64,000 bases of DNA from Ignavibacteriaceae bacterium (GCA_041738675.1 JBGSPH010000059.1:30086-94085); one strand, 5' to 3'. Shown: positions 18,110 through 28,309, numbered from the stretch's first letter. Program-made: numbers and translations. The notes: generated by a model not told the origin, from the sequence alone.

Positions 18110-19756
18110 TTAAAGTTTAAACTTTTTCTTCATCCACAATAAAATATTGATTCCAAAAATCCACAAAGAAAATGCTGATGATAAAACAGGAATTATCAAT
18201 GGATTTTTTGTGTAAAATGTTTTTTCATTATTTAACGGCACATCTACAATTAAATGTGTTCTTGTAAACATTTCTGTTTCAACTTCTGTTGCTCCAAACT
18301 TGTTTATCAAACAACTTACTCCGCCGTTAGCACAGCGCACAACTGCTCTTCTGTTTTCCACAGCGCGCAAGTTTGCAAATTCTTTATGCTGATATGGCCC
18401 GCTTAACTTTCCGTACCAGCTATCATTTGTAAGCACCGTTAAAAACTGTGCACCACGATCAACAAAATAATTTGGAAAAGTTGGGAACACCGATTCGTAA
18501 CAAACTAATCCTCCAACTTTTATTGTGTCTTCACCATTCATAAATTTAAACACTGTGGTATCCTGTCCAACATTCCAACCGCTGATTCCTACTCCCCATT
18601 TTAACAAATCTCCAAGAAATGGAAGCTGATCTACAAAAGGAGTATGCTCACCAAGAGGAACTAAATGCATTTTTCCATATCGCTGAATTTCATTTCGATT
18701 AGGTTGAAGTAGTAAAATTGAATTGTATGTCGCATAATAGTATTTACTAACTTCACTGTACTTTGCATTTCGCGGAGGATTATTTTCATAAATTAAATAA
18801 TCTGGCATACCAGTTAATAATGAAACATTATTTTTATTTAGAAAAGAATAGATGGAATCAACTTCATTCTGATAGGTTCCTGACAATAAATAGACCGGTA
18901 AAGCAGTTTCTGGCCAGAGGATAATCTTTGCACCTTCATCAACACATTTTTGTGAAAGCTCAAAATAGTTATCAAGTATTTGATCCAGTCCGCCAAGTTC
19001 CCACTTATTCCAGGGATCAAGATTCGGTTGGATGATTCCAACTTTTATTTTTTCTTCATCATTGCTCGTTGAAGATATTTTTACAAATCCATAAACTAAA
19101 ATTAAAACGAAAATCGATACGGCAATTGAAAAGTAAATCGAACCAATTTTCACATTCTCTTTAAAAGATTTTATTCCTTTAAAGATGAATATATTCATCC
19201 ATAAAACAATAAATGATAAACCAAAAGCTCCAACAATATCCGCAATCTGAACAAATGAAGTAAACTTTGCTAAACCGTGTCCAATTGTTAACCAGGGAAA
19301 CTTCAAATCAGTCAATGAAAGCAAATACTCCCCTGTTACCCAAAAGAATGGAAAGAAGTAAAGTGATAGATCTTTTTTAAAAACTTTTCTTGAAATAAAA
19401 TACAAAGTCGAATTTATTAGCATTACACAAGGAAGAAAAAATACCAGAACCACTCCGCTGATCATTAAAAAAGGATCTGCTTCACTTTGCCAGCTTCCAA
19501 CCCAAAATACTGTAACCAGACTCATCACAAAAAAAGTGAGATATGAAGCTGAGTTTACATTCAATAGTGTTTGTCTTTTTGTTACCACAAAAAAGTAAGG
19601 AACAAAAGCCACGAAAAGTAAGAGTGTGAATGGAAAAGGAAATGGGGTAAATGAAATTCCAAAAAAAATTCCGGATAATATTAATAGAAATCTATCATTT
19701 CTCCTTTCTTTTTTTTCTTCGACTGAAACGGATTGTCTTTTAAATAAAAACTTCAA
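18110..19756 (-). CDS. lnt: Apolipoprotein N-acyltransferase
   Basis: It has an N-terminal multi-TM region and a C-terminal nitrilase-like domain with WPE, K and the catalytic CYESVFP. Confidence 0.85.
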   Translation of the reverse strand: MKFLFKRQSVSVEEKKERRNDRFLLILSGIFFGISFTPFPFPFTLLLFVAFVPYFFVVTKRQTLLNVNSASYLTFFVMSLVTVFWVGSWQSEADPFLMISGVVLVFFLPCVMLINSTLYFISRKVFKKDLSLYFFPFFWVTGEYLLSLTDLKFPWLTIGHGLAKFTSFVQIADIVGAFGLSFIVLWMNIFIFKGIKSFKENVKIGSIYFSIAVSIFVLILVYGFVKISSTSNDEEKIKVGIIQPNLDPWNKWELGGLDQILDNYFELSQKCVDEGAKIILWPETALPVYLLSGTYQNEVDSIYSFLNKNNVSLLTGMPDYLIYENNPPRNAKYSEVSKYYYATYNSILLLQPNRNEIQRYGKMHLVPLGEHTPFVDQLPFLGDLLKWGVGISGWNVGQDTTVFKFMNGEDTIKVGGLVCYESVFPTFPNYFVDRGAQFLTVLTNDSWYGKLSGPYQHKEFANLRAVENRRAVVRCANGGVSCLINKFGATEVETEMFTRTHLIVDVPLNNEKTFYTKNPLIIPVLSSAFSLWIFGINILLWMKKKFKL

Positions 19757-19758
19757 TT

Positions 19759-20364
19759 TTATTTTTTTCTCTTTATTATAAAATATCTAACAACAAAAAA
19801 TAAAATTATTACTCCGGTAAAAATCCAAATTATAGTACTGTATGTTTTAAGATAACCGTCTATCAAATCAACATTTTCACCGAAAGATATTCCAAGAAAA
19901 ATTAGAATTATATTCCACAACGCTGAACTTACCAGGCTAAGAATTGTTGTTTTGTTAACGTTAAGCCTACTCATTCCTGCAAAGAATGAAATGACCGCGC
20001 GAGTTCCTGGTAAAAATCTGTTTGCAACAATTAAATAATAGCCCCATTTTCTAAATGCAGTTTCAACTTTATCCACAGACTGAATATTAATAAATTTTAT
20101 TTTTCCTGAGTGGATCAATTTTTTATCAAATTGCCAGCCGATTATAAAAGCTGTTAAAAATCCGGCAAGACTTCCTAATGTTGCTGAAATCAATAAAGGG
20201 ACGAATGAAATTGTTCCCGTGCCGACTAAAGAACCTCCGATAACAACTATAATATCGCTTGGCGAAGGGGGAAAAAGATTTTCTATAAACGCAAAGAAAA
20301 ATATTGTAAGATAAATCCATAGAGGAGTAAAGTCAGAAATTTGAGTTAGGATTGATTCGAACAT
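19759..20364 (-). CDS. DedA/SNARE-associated (VTT domain) membrane protein
   Basis: FIENLFPPSPSD...FLPGTRAVISFFAGMSR is typical of DedA proteins. Confidence 0.8.
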   Translation of the reverse strand: MFESILTQISDFTPLWIYLTIFFFAFIENLFPPSPSDIIVVIGGSLVGTGTISFVPLLISATLGSLAGFLTAFIIGWQFDKKLIHSGKIKFINIQSVDKVETAFRKWGYYLIVANRFLPGTRAVISFFAGMSRLNVNKTTILSLVSSALWNIILIFLGISFGENVDLIDGYLKTYSTIIWIFTGVIILFFVVRYFIIKRKK

Positions 20365-20365
20365 T

Positions 20366-20854
20366 CTAATCCTTTTTCATCAATAAAGCAGTAGCAAAGG
20401 ATACTACACCTTCAGTTCGTCCGACAAACCCAAGTTTTTCTGTTGTTGTTGCTTTGATAGAAATTTGATCAATCTCAGTATTTAGTACTTCCGAAATACG
20501 CGTTCTTATCCGATCAACATAAGGAGATATATGTGGTTTTTCCATTGCAAGAACACAATCAAGGTTTCCTAATTCGTAGCCTTTAGAATTGATTACTTCA
20601 TTCACGTGTTTAAGAAGTAGCGCGCTATCCGAATCTTTCCAGCGTTCATCAGTATTTGGAAAATGAAGACCAATGTCACCAAGTGCTAATGCACCCAGCA
20701 TAGCATCGCAAATTGCGTGAAGAAGCACATCAGCATCAGAATGTCCTTCCAAACCTTTATCAAATGGAATTTCAACTCCACCAATTATTAATTTTCTGCC
20801 TTCAGCAAAAGCATGAACATCAAAACCAAATCCTGTTCTAAAATTTAATTTCAA
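20366..20854 (-). CDS. ispF: 2-C-methyl-D-erythritol 2,4-cyclodiphosphate synthase
   Basis: The motifs GFGFDVHAF and [15 protein letters not shown] are present. Length is 162 aa. Confidence 0.95.
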   Translation of the reverse strand: MKLNFRTGFGFDVHAFAEGRKLIIGGVEIPFDKGLEGHSDADVLLHAICDAMLGALALGDIGLHFPNTDERWKDSDSALLLKHVNEVINSKGYELGNLDCVLAMEKPHISPYVDRIRTRISEVLNTEIDQISIKATTTEKLGFVGRTEGVVSFATALLMKKD

Positions 20855-21132
20855 TATCTAACCTCAAATCTTTTAAATTCATTTTTATATTCTAACCAAT
20901 CAACTGAACAATTTGTAACATGTGATTTCATTGGTCCGATTTTTAATTGTTTTATCAATTCGTTTATCAAACCAAAATCACCTTCAACTTCTGTAAGTAC
21001 TTCACCGTTAAAAAGATTTTGCGTGTAACCATTCAGATTTAGATTATCTGCATGTCTCATCACAAAATATCTATACCCAACACCCTGAACTAATCCGGTA
21101 ACAATTATTTTGGCTCTTCCTAAATCACTCAT
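20851..21132 (-). CDS. acyP: Acylphosphatase
   Basis: It has [13 protein letters not shown] and is 93 aa. It overlaps ispF by 4 nt. Confidence 0.85.
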   Translation of the reverse strand: MSDLGRAKIIVTGLVQGVGYRYFVMRHADNLNLNGYTQNLFNGEVLTEVEGDFGLINELIKQLKIGPMKSHVTNCSVDWLEYKNEFKRFEVRY

Positions 21133-22030
21133 CTTTTACAGAAAATATTTCCGAAACAATTAACCCTATAAAAATAAGAACACATCCAATTAAGCCAAAA
21201 TTAGAAATTTTTTCGCTGAGTAGAAAGTAAGCAAATACAGCAGCAAAGATTGGTTCGATGGAGAAAATAATTCCGGCTTTTGTAGGTGAAACAAATTTTT
21301 GAAACTTTAATTGTATCACAGTTGCAATTATGGAAGCAAATATTGCTGTGTAAAGAATAGCAGTAACAACAGTTGTATTAAATGTAAACTTAACTGTCTC
21401 TAAAGACGAGATAGAAAAAATAAATGATAAAATAAATCCGCCAATTCCTGTAATTAGCAATTGGACAAATACCATTGGCAGGTATTCATACTTCTTAGTG
21501 AATACATCAACATACACAACCTGAAAAGCAAAAAGTAGTGCACACAATAAGGTTAGCAAATCACCAAGATTAAAATCTGAACCGAGTTGTTTAATAAAAT
21601 CAATTACATTCTCGCCTTTGCTTGATAACATTATCAATCCAATCAATACTAAAAAAACACTAAGAATGTTAAACCATTTGGGTTTTCGCTTTTCAATAAT
21701 TAGTTGTAAGATTGGAATAAATACTACAAACGTTCCCGTTATGAATCCTGATTTAGTAGCCGTGGTAAGATTTAATCCCAAAGTTTGTGAAGCAAATCCA
21801 GTGAAGTAAAAAAATCCAAGAACTGCCCCTGCCACGAGTGTTTGCTTGTTTGTCTTTTTTAGTGATGCATAGACAAAAGGTAGAAAAATCAGAGCAGCTA
21901 TGCTAAATCGCAATCCGAGAAATAATAAAGGTGAAATATCAGTAAAAGCATTTTTGACGAGAGCAAAAGTACCGCCCCAAATTAAAGTATTAAATAGAAG
22001 TGCAATTTCACCGGTGTATTTTTTCATCAA
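21125..22030 (-). CDS. DMT-superfamily (EamA) transporter
   Basis: It has ten predicted TM helices arranged as two EamA-like halves. Confidence 0.75.
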   Translation of the reverse strand: MMKKYTGEIALLFNTLIWGGTFALVKNAFTDISPLLFLGLRFSIAALIFLPFVYASLKKTNKQTLVAGAVLGFFYFTGFASQTLGLNLTTATKSGFITGTFVVFIPILQLIIEKRKPKWFNILSVFLVLIGLIMLSSKGENVIDFIKQLGSDFNLGDLLTLLCALLFAFQVVYVDVFTKKYEYLPMVFVQLLITGIGGFILSFIFSISSLETVKFTFNTTVVTAILYTAIFASIIATVIQLKFQKFVSPTKAGIIFSIEPIFAAVFAYFLLSEKISNFGLIGCVLIFIGLIVSEIFSVKDE

Positions 22031-22088
22031 AGGTTATTCTATCAATTCTAAATATCTAACTTAATCTTGAACTTGAATCTGAACTCAA

Positions 22089-23003
22089 TCATTCTTTATC
22101 CTTGCTTCGCACGTATCCAAAAGATTTTAGCATATTAAGATTTGAACGCCACTTTTCTCTTACCTTAACTCTCAGTTCAAGATAAACTTCACGATCTAAA
22201 AATTCCTCAATGCTTCTTCTTGATTTTTCACCAAGTGATTTAATTGCTCTGCCTTCTTTTCCAATGATTATTGGTTTTTGGCTTTCTCTTTCCACAACGA
22301 TTTCAGCACTTATGTAATCTTTTGAATTTTCTCTTTCAATAAATTCGGCAATTAAAACTTCACAGCTGTAAGGAACTTCATCTTCATAAAGTTCAAATAG
22401 TTTTTCACGGATAATCTCCGTAACAAAAAATCTTTCGCTTTCTTCAGAAACAATATCATCAGGATAATACTTTGAACCTTCCGGTAAACACTCAACTATA
22501 TCGTTTAGTAATCTTTCAAGATTGAATTTAAGATTTGCAGATACAGGAATAACTGATTTAAAAATGTTTAGTTTCTCAAATCGTTCAATCAATGCCAGCG
22601 CTTGTTCTTGTGAAATAGTATCAATCTTATTTAGAACTAAAATTTTAGGATTAGCTTTTTCACTTATCACTTTCTGAATGTATTCATTCTCCTCTGCTCC
22701 TTTAAATGATTGTTCAGAACTGACATCATAAAGAATCACAAACACATCGGCATCTTTTACAGAAAGATCAATATCATCCATCATTTTTTCTTGAAGAAGA
22801 TATGCGGGTTTTAAAATTCCTGGAGTATCGAGAAATACTATTTGATAGTTTTCTTCGGATAATATTCCGAGTATTCTTTTTCGAGTTGTTTGTGGTTTGG
22901 ATGTTGTGATGGAAATTTTTTGTCCGAGCAAAGCATTCATTAACGTGGATTTACCAACATTTGGTAACCCAATTATGGCAGCATAACCAGCTTTTGTATT
23001 CAT
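22089..23003 (-). CDS. era: GTPase Era
   Basis: GLPNVGKSTL (G1), DTPG (G3) and NKID (G4) are present, plus a C-terminal KH domain (IIGKEGRAIK). Confidence 0.95.
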   Translation of the reverse strand: MNTKAGYAAIIGLPNVGKSTLMNALLGQKISITTSKPQTTRKRILGILSEENYQIVFLDTPGILKPAYLLQEKMMDDIDLSVKDADVFVILYDVSSEQSFKGAEENEYIQKVISEKANPKILVLNKIDTISQEQALALIERFEKLNIFKSVIPVSANLKFNLERLLNDIVECLPEGSKYYPDDIVSEESERFFVTEIIREKLFELYEDEVPYSCEVLIAEFIERENSKDYISAEIVVERESQKPIIIGKEGRAIKSLGEKSRRSIEEFLDREVYLELRVKVREKWRSNLNMLKSFGYVRSKDKE

Positions 23004-23139
23004 TCTTGTCTTTTAATTTTTGTGATGTGCAAATATACGAAATGGATGGGCAATTTAAGGCAGAATAACATATTGTGGTATTTTAGATTCTTGAAAATCT
23101 ATACTATAAAAACATATCTTAATAATTTATTAAGGTAAG

Positions 23140-23167
23140 GTCACACTTCGACTTCGCTCAGCGTGAC
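23140..23167. repeat. Short dispersed element (GTCAYNCYGAR family), hairpin
   Basis: GTCACACTTCGACTTCGCTCAGCGTGAC shares CGACTTCGCTC.G..TGACATT with 26939-26975. It lies between the anti-sigma stop and the era start. Confidence 0.55.
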
Positions 23168-23203
23168 ATTAGGTTAAATTATAAAACGAAAAATCAAAAA
23201 CTA

Positions 23204-23713
23204 TTAATGACCAAAATTCTTTTTAGAATGCTTTTGATAATCGTAGAGAAAATAACCTGAAACCAGCATTATAAATGATAGCACCGAACCAAATATGGAT
23301 AGATTCTTTTTACCAAAGAAAGATGAGAAATAATCTCCGATAGAATTGGAATAATTTGAAACTAAATCTGAGGATTCACTTGCTTGGATCGAAATAATAA
23401 TCTCATAAAATACATAAGCGGTTATTCCACAAACTATTAAACCTAATAATGATAAGACTGTAAACAGAAAATACTTTTGTTGATGCTTAGATGATTTCCT
23501 GATTTTTATTTTCCCAATGACTTTTTTTGTGAAATCAGCTGATGGCAAATCTGATTCAACACTTTTTAGGAAAGTATTAGCAGATAAAAGCGCTTCATAT
23601 CTTTTCTTTATCTCTGGTGAGTTTTCAATCGCATTTTTTAACTGATTCATTTCTTCACGATTTAGTTCTTCATCTAAATACTTATTAAGTAATTCATCAT
23701 TGATAGTTTTCAT
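23204..23713 (-). CDS. Putative anti-sigma factor (single-pass membrane protein)
   Basis: It overlaps the ECF sigma gene by 4 nt. The N-terminus LLNKYLDEELNREEMNQL is typical of anti-sigma domains. A central TM helix is present. Confidence 0.55.
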   Translation of the reverse strand: MKTINDELLNKYLDEELNREEMNQLKNAIENSPEIKKRYEALLSANTFLKSVESDLPSADFTKKVIGKIKIRKSSKHQQKYFLFTVLSLLGLIVCGITAYVFYEIIISIQASESSDLVSNYSNSIGDYFSSFFGKKNLSIFGSVLSFIMLVSGYFLYDYQKHSKKNFGH

Positions 23714-24282
23714 AATATTTCCTGCAATAAATTTCTTTTTTCAATTATATCTTTTAAAAGATTTCGTGATCGATGTAAGATAACTTTTACATTTGCAACA
23801 GAAATCTGTAACACTTCACTTATTTCTTCTGTACTCATTTCTTCAAGATAAAACATAGATATAACAGCTGCATTTTTTGGTGGAAGTTCATTAACAATCT
23901 TTTTTATTAATAAAGAGTTATCTGCTTTAATAAAGTCATCAGCTAAATATTTACTTTCAAGATAGTGCAAATCATCTATGGAACTCATTTCGCTTTCAAT
24001 TTTTCTTTTAGTGCTTGATAGTTTGGTTAATGCAGTATTATAAACTATACGATAGAACCAAGTTGAAAACTTCGACTCAAACTTAAAAGTATAAATACTA
24101 TTGTATGCTTTAAGAAAACAATCCATCAAAACTTCCTCTGCATCAAAATCATTTTTTAACATACGCCTGAGCATAGTAAAGGCTTTATTCTTGTAACGAT
24201 CTATAAGAACAGCGTAATCCGCCTGGTTACCTTTCTTTACGGATTCAATAATCTCAACATCGGTAAGGTTTTTCATTATCAT
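23710..24282 (-). CDS. ECF-type RNA polymerase sigma-70 factor
   Basis: Region 2 reads DAEEVLMDCFLKAY..FKFESKFSTWFYRIVYN. Region 4 reads LPPKNAAVISMFYLEEMSTEEISEVLQISVANVKVILHRSR. Confidence 0.85.
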   Translation of the reverse strand: MIMKNLTDVEIIESVKKGNQADYAVLIDRYKNKAFTMLRRMLKNDFDAEEVLMDCFLKAYNSIYTFKFESKFSTWFYRIVYNTALTKLSSTKRKIESEMSSIDDLHYLESKYLADDFIKADNSLLIKKIVNELPPKNAAVISMFYLEEMSTEEISEVLQISVANVKVILHRSRNLLKDIIEKRNLLQEIL

Positions 24283-24286
24283 AATA

Positions 24287-24316
24287 GACTAATTCATCTT
24301 GACAAAGGTTACAAAT
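24287..24316 (-). promoter_or_regulatory. Candidate ECF-type promoter of the sigma/anti-sigma operon
   Basis: The minus strand reads ATTTGTAACCT-N13-TTAGTC. The -10 ends 5 nt before the first ATG (24282), so the mRNA could be leaderless or use the second ATG. Confidence 0.5.
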
Positions 24317-24360
24317 ATGTATGTGCGGCAGAAATTTAGTTTGAAATTTTTATAGAGTCA

Positions 24361-24390
24361 ATTTGTAACCTAAACTTTAAGTGTTTAGTC
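24361..24390 (+). promoter_or_regulatory. Candidate ECF-type promoter of the divergent membrane-protein gene
   Basis: The plus strand reads ATTTGTAACCT-N13-TTAGTC. Both boxes and the spacing are identical to the minus-strand copy at 24287-24316. Confidence 0.5.
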
Positions 24391-24468
24391 AAATGTTATA
24401 GAGAATTAAATACGTAACTAAAAATTAAATCCTTTTATCATAAGGATTAGAAACAAAGGAGAAATAAA

Positions 24469-24816
24469 ATGCAATCACAGGTTGTAGCGGTATTCATTCC
24501 AATTATTCTTACTCTGGTAATTGGAGCGGTATTTATCATTTACTTTTATTTAAGATCTAAAGAAAAGCAAATGCTAATTGAAAAAGGTCTAACTGCAGAA
24601 GAAATGAAAAAATTCTTTGAAGAAAAAAGAGATGGGCTATGGCTAATGAGAATAGGGATTATTTCAATTTTCTTCGGATTAGGACTAGGATTTGGTATGA
24701 TGATGGAAGAATCTACAATAAAGGATTTTTGGGTTCCTCTCTCTTTATTTGTGGGTACTGGAATTGGTTTTGTTCTTGCAAATGTTATACCAGATAAGAT
24801 GAAAAAGAATAATTAA
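24469..24816 (+). CDS. Small integral membrane protein (three predicted TM helices), probable ECF regulon member
   Basis: It is 115 aa with a GGAG-containing RBS (aaaggagaaataaaATG), which is rare in this window. The ECF-like promoter lies upstream. Confidence 0.5.
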   Translation: MQSQVVAVFIPIILTLVIGAVFIIYFYLRSKEKQMLIEKGLTAEEMKKFFEEKRDGLWLMRIGIISIFFGLGLGFGMMMEESTIKDFWVPLSLFVGTGIGFVLANVIPDKMKKNN

Positions 24817-24820
24817 TTCA

Positions 24821-24848
24821 AAACCCCTTCCCTTAGGGAAGGGGTTTG
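24821..24848. terminator. Bidirectional hairpin terminator between convergent genes
   Basis: AAACCCCTTCCC-ttag-GGGAAGGGGTTT forms a 12-bp stem. It sits between the stop at 24816 (+) and the trxB stop at 24852 (-). Confidence 0.7.
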
Positions 24849-24851
24849 GGG

Positions 24852-25814
24852 TTAGGCTTCTTGCGCTTCCAACCATCGTTCTGCATCTAATGCCGCCATA
24901 CAGCCAGTACCTGCAGCAGTAACAGCTTGCCTATAAACATGATCAGCCACATCACCGGCAGCAAAAACACCTTCAATATTTGTATAAGTTGAACCGGGTT
25001 TTGTAATTAAGTAACCGGTTTCATCCATATCAAGAAATCCTTTAAATAACTTTGTATTAGGCTGATGCCCAATTCCAAGAAACATTCCATCTGCTTTAAA
25101 TTCATTTGTTGATCCATCTTTTGTATCCTCAAGAATAACTCCTGTCATACTTTTCTTTCCATTCTCTTCAATTCCAATAACTTCCTTAACTATTTTATTT
25201 GTTAGGAATTTTATCTTTGAATTTTTCTGTGCACGTTCAGTCATAATTTTTGATGCACGGAATTCATCCCTTCTGTGGATTATAGTAACCTCGCTTGCAA
25301 ATTTTGTTAGGAAGTTTGCTTCTTCCATCGCTGTATCACCACCGCCAACAACAATTACTTTTAATCCTTTAAAGAAAAATCCATCGCAAGTTGCGCAGGC
25401 AGAAACACCGTAACCCATATACTTCGATTCACTTTCTATTCCAAGTAATTTTGCTGAAGCACCAGTTGATATAATGATTGAATCAGCGGTATAGTTTTCG
25501 TCGTAAGATTTTACTTTGAATGGACGACTTGAAAAATCCACTTCAGTTATCTCTTTGTAAAATGACTGAGCACCAAATCGCTGAGCCTGTTTACGCATAA
25601 TATCCATTAAAGCTGGACCATCAATTCCGTGTTCAAATCCCGGATAATTTTCTACTTCCGTGGTAATTGTTAATTGTCCACCCGGCTGCATTCCTTCGAA
25701 AATAACCGGACTAAGATTTGCACGACCAGTATATATTGCGGCTGTTAATCCTGCCGGACCAGAGCCAATAATTAAAACTTTAAAATGATTTTTTTGATTT
25801 ACTTGTTTAGACAT
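24852..25814 (-). CDS. trxB: Thioredoxin-disulfide reductase
   Basis: It has GSGPAG, the redox-active CATCDG and GGGDTAMEEA. Confidence 0.95.
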   Translation of the reverse strand: MSKQVNQKNHFKVLIIGSGPAGLTAAIYTGRANLSPVIFEGMQPGGQLTITTEVENYPGFEHGIDGPALMDIMRKQAQRFGAQSFYKEITEVDFSSRPFKVKSYDENYTADSIIISTGASAKLLGIESESKYMGYGVSACATCDGFFFKGLKVIVVGGGDTAMEEANFLTKFASEVTIIHRRDEFRASKIMTERAQKNSKIKFLTNKIVKEVIGIEENGKKSMTGVILEDTKDGSTNEFKADGMFLGIGHQPNTKLFKGFLDMDETGYLITKPGSTYTNIEGVFAAGDVADHVYRQAVTAAGTGCMAALDAERWLEAQEA

Positions 25815-25906
25815 TTTTTCTCCAAAACTGGTTATGTACTTAATTTTAATTTTTTGTATTTGTAAGATTCAGATAAGTTGGTGAAGATTCAAGAAGAAGA
25901 TTGTGA

Positions 25907-26899
25907 TCATTCAAACAAAAATTTAGCATTGCGCTGCAAACTTTTTAACTTTGTACGTTTGATGGGGCTTTCAGCAAACCGCTCTTTAAATGATTGATTC
26001 TCTAATTTCATGATTTCATCATAAGTCAATTCTTTATTGAGTGGATAAAATTCCTTAACTGAACTGATAACAGAAAATTTTTGATTCCAGGGGCAAACAT
26101 CCTGACAAATATCACAACCAAAAATCCAATTCTCAAACTTCCCTTTTAACTCAACAGGAATCTCATCTTTATTTTCAATTGTCTGAAATGAAATACATTT
26201 ATTTGCATCAACTACATATTCCTGAACAATCGCTTTAGTTGGGCAAGCATCAATACAAGCTGTGCAAGTTCCGCAATGATCAGTTATCATTTCAGAGTAA
26301 TCAAACTCATAATTCGTAATAATTGTTGCTATGAAAAACCAGCTACCATAATCAGGATTGATTACATTTGTATGCTTCCCCATCCAACCAATTCCAGCAT
26401 GCACAGCCCATACTTTATCCATAACTGGTCCTGTATCTACATAAGAAAGAGATTCAAATTCTGGATCAACTTCTTTAAGCATCATTTCAAGTTCATCAAG
26501 TTTTTGCCAGATGACAAGATGATAATCTTTTCCCCACGCATAACGAGAAACCTTGCCTACCGGCAGGCAGGTTTTTCCTTTTTCATTTTTATCAGAATAA
26601 TTTTCTGGTGCGTAATAATTAAGTGCAAGTGATATAACGCCTTTTGCAGTTGGAAGAATTTCTTTTACACCTTTTCTTTTATGGAGATTTTTCTCCATAT
26701 AATTCATTGAAGCTTGATAACCCCTATCTAACCATAGCTGAAGTTTTTTAGTTTCATCTTCAAGCAAATCAGCTTTTGTAAAACCAACTAGATCAAATCC
26801 AAGCTGTTTTGCTTTTTCGATTACTATTTGGTTGGTTAGTTTGTGCATAAGATTTTTTGTATCCTGCGTATCAATAAATCGCGAAAAACTCCGACGCAA
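25907..26899 (-). CDS. queG: Epoxyqueuosine reductase
   Basis: It has SRYAWGKDYH, CGTCTACIDACPT, CISFQTIE and GCDICQDVCPWN. Confidence 0.9.
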   Translation of the reverse strand: MRRSFSRFIDTQDTKNLMHKLTNQIVIEKAKQLGFDLVGFTKADLLEDETKKLQLWLDRGYQASMNYMEKNLHKRKGVKEILPTAKGVISLALNYYAPENYSDKNEKGKTCLPVGKVSRYAWGKDYHLVIWQKLDELEMMLKEVDPEFESLSYVDTGPVMDKVWAVHAGIGWMGKHTNVINPDYGSWFFIATIITNYEFDYSEMITDHCGTCTACIDACPTKAIVQEYVVDANKCISFQTIENKDEIPVELKGKFENWIFGCDICQDVCPWNQKFSVISSVKEFYPLNKELTYDEIMKLENQSFKERFAESPIKRTKLKSLQRNAKFLFE

Positions 26900-26938
26900 T
26901 TGGATATTTAATTGTTCAGTTTTTTCTGTTATACTTTC

Positions 26939-26975
26939 TCCCTCGACTTCGCTCGGGATGACATTTCAGTGTGAC
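26939..26975. repeat. Short dispersed element (GTCAYNCYGAR family)
   Basis: The minus strand reads GTCACACTGAAATGTCATCCCGAGCGAAGTCGAGGGA. It shares GAGCGAAGTCGA with 23140-23167. It lies between the Rieske stop and the queG start. Confidence 0.55.
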
Positions 26976-26989
26976 AATGAGAAATAAAT

Positions 26990-27322
26990 TCATCTCCACT
27001 TTAATTCTTTAGGATTAACAAGAGCAAACACTTCATCCTTAATAATTTTAACGGGAAAAGTATCAAGTCCTCTTGCGCCTGTTGGCTGTTTACCGGTTTT
27101 TAGATTGAACATCCATCCGTGTGCTGGACAAACAACACAGCCATCTTCCACAAAACCATTATAAATTGATTGAGTGTGCTGATGCGGACAAGTATTACTA
27201 ACAGCAAAAACTTCTTCATCAATTATAAATACTGCAATATCTGTTTCATTAATCAAAAATCGCTTGCCCTGATTTTTTTTGAGATCTGATAATTTACAAA
27301 CTTTTATATAGCCATCTTCCAT
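26990..27322 (-). CDS. Rieske [2Fe-2S] domain protein (NirD-like small subunit type)
   Basis: CPHQH and CPAHGW motifs are present. Length is 110 aa. The start overlaps the upstream stop by 1 nt (TAATG). Confidence 0.8.
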   Translation of the reverse strand: MEDGYIKVCKLSDLKKNQGKRFLINETDIAVFIIDEEVFAVSNTCPHQHTQSIYNGFVEDGCVVCPAHGWMFNLKTGKQPTGARGLDTFPVKIIKDEVFALVNPKELKWR

Positions 27323-28167
27323 TAAACAAAATCCTTAAATACTTTATCCTGCACAATTCCCTTTTCTGAATGCTTGACCGTAGCCAGAGCAAATTCAGGA
27401 TCGTGCCCGAAATATAAATGCCAGTTTTCATCTGCAGCTAGTTGTAAATATTTTTTCTTTTCCTGAACAGTAATCATTGGCTGTAAATCGTACCCCATCA
27501 CATATGGAATTCTTATCTGTGAAACGAAAGGCATCAAATCAGCACAATACAGAATTGAATTTGATGAATCATAAATTTTTATCATTTGCTGTGCAAAAGT
27601 ATGCCCATTAATAATTCTGAATGAGATATTTTCATCAAAATTTATTTCACCATCTATAAGATTTAAAACACCTTCTTTAACAAGCGGTTCAAAATTTTCT
27701 TTAATATAACTTCCTTTATCTCTATCAGAAGGGTTCATTGCCCACTCAAAGTTTTTCTTTTGAACAAAATATTTTGCGTTAGGAAATGTTGGTATAAGTT
27801 TTCCATTTTCTAATTTGGTTGATCCGCCTGTGTGATCAAAATGAAGATGAGTTAGAAGAACATCAGTAATTTCATTTGGGTTAATTCCATTTTGTAGGAG
27901 TGCAATTTCAATATCAAGTTTAGGATCGATGCGATAAATGTTTTTAGATTTTTCATCCCATTTATTCCCCATACCTGTATCGATTAAAATTTTTTTATCA
28001 TCGCTAACCATCAACAGATTTCTTGTGGAAAGTGTAACACGATTTAATTCATCTGCTGGATTTGTTTTTTCCCAAAGTGGTTTTGGGATTATCCCAAACA
28101 TTGCACCACCGTCTAATCCGATAAAACCGGAGAGAATAGTTTTTAGTTTGTATTTACCGATTTGCAT
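27322..28167 (-). CDS. MBL-fold metallo-hydrolase
   Basis: LLTHLHFDHTGG carries the HxHxDH motif. Length is 281 aa. Confidence 0.8.
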   Translation of the reverse strand: MQIGKYKLKTILSGFIGLDGGAMFGIIPKPLWEKTNPADELNRVTLSTRNLLMVSDDKKILIDTGMGNKWDEKSKNIYRIDPKLDIEIALLQNGINPNEITDVLLTHLHFDHTGGSTKLENGKLIPTFPNAKYFVQKKNFEWAMNPSDRDKGSYIKENFEPLVKEGVLNLIDGEINFDENISFRIINGHTFAQQMIKIYDSSNSILYCADLMPFVSQIRIPYVMGYDLQPMITVQEKKKYLQLAADENWHLYFGHDPEFALATVKHSEKGIVQDKVFKDFV

Positions 28168-28309
28168 ATATACTTAAAAATTGATTTTGATGTTTGAAAT
28201 TAAATAAGAATGGAAAGAGATGGAAATGTAATAATTCGATAGTGAGCAAAATTCATTAGCACTTTAAAACAGAAAAGGCTGCCCTTTTGAGACAGCCTCT
28301 GATAAAAAC

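Noticed and set aside
26549-26573. A near-palindrome, AACCTTGCCTACCGGCAGGCAGGTT, inside queG. It resembles the CCGACAGGCAGGTT core of the 2335-2375 element, so I considered an in-frame palindromic-element insertion.
   Set aside because: It encodes the variable loop just before the conserved SRYAWGKDYH. That loop is only about 3 residues longer than my recollection of E. coli QueG. No flanking duplication or frame disturbance is visible, so the evidence is too weak to call an insertion.
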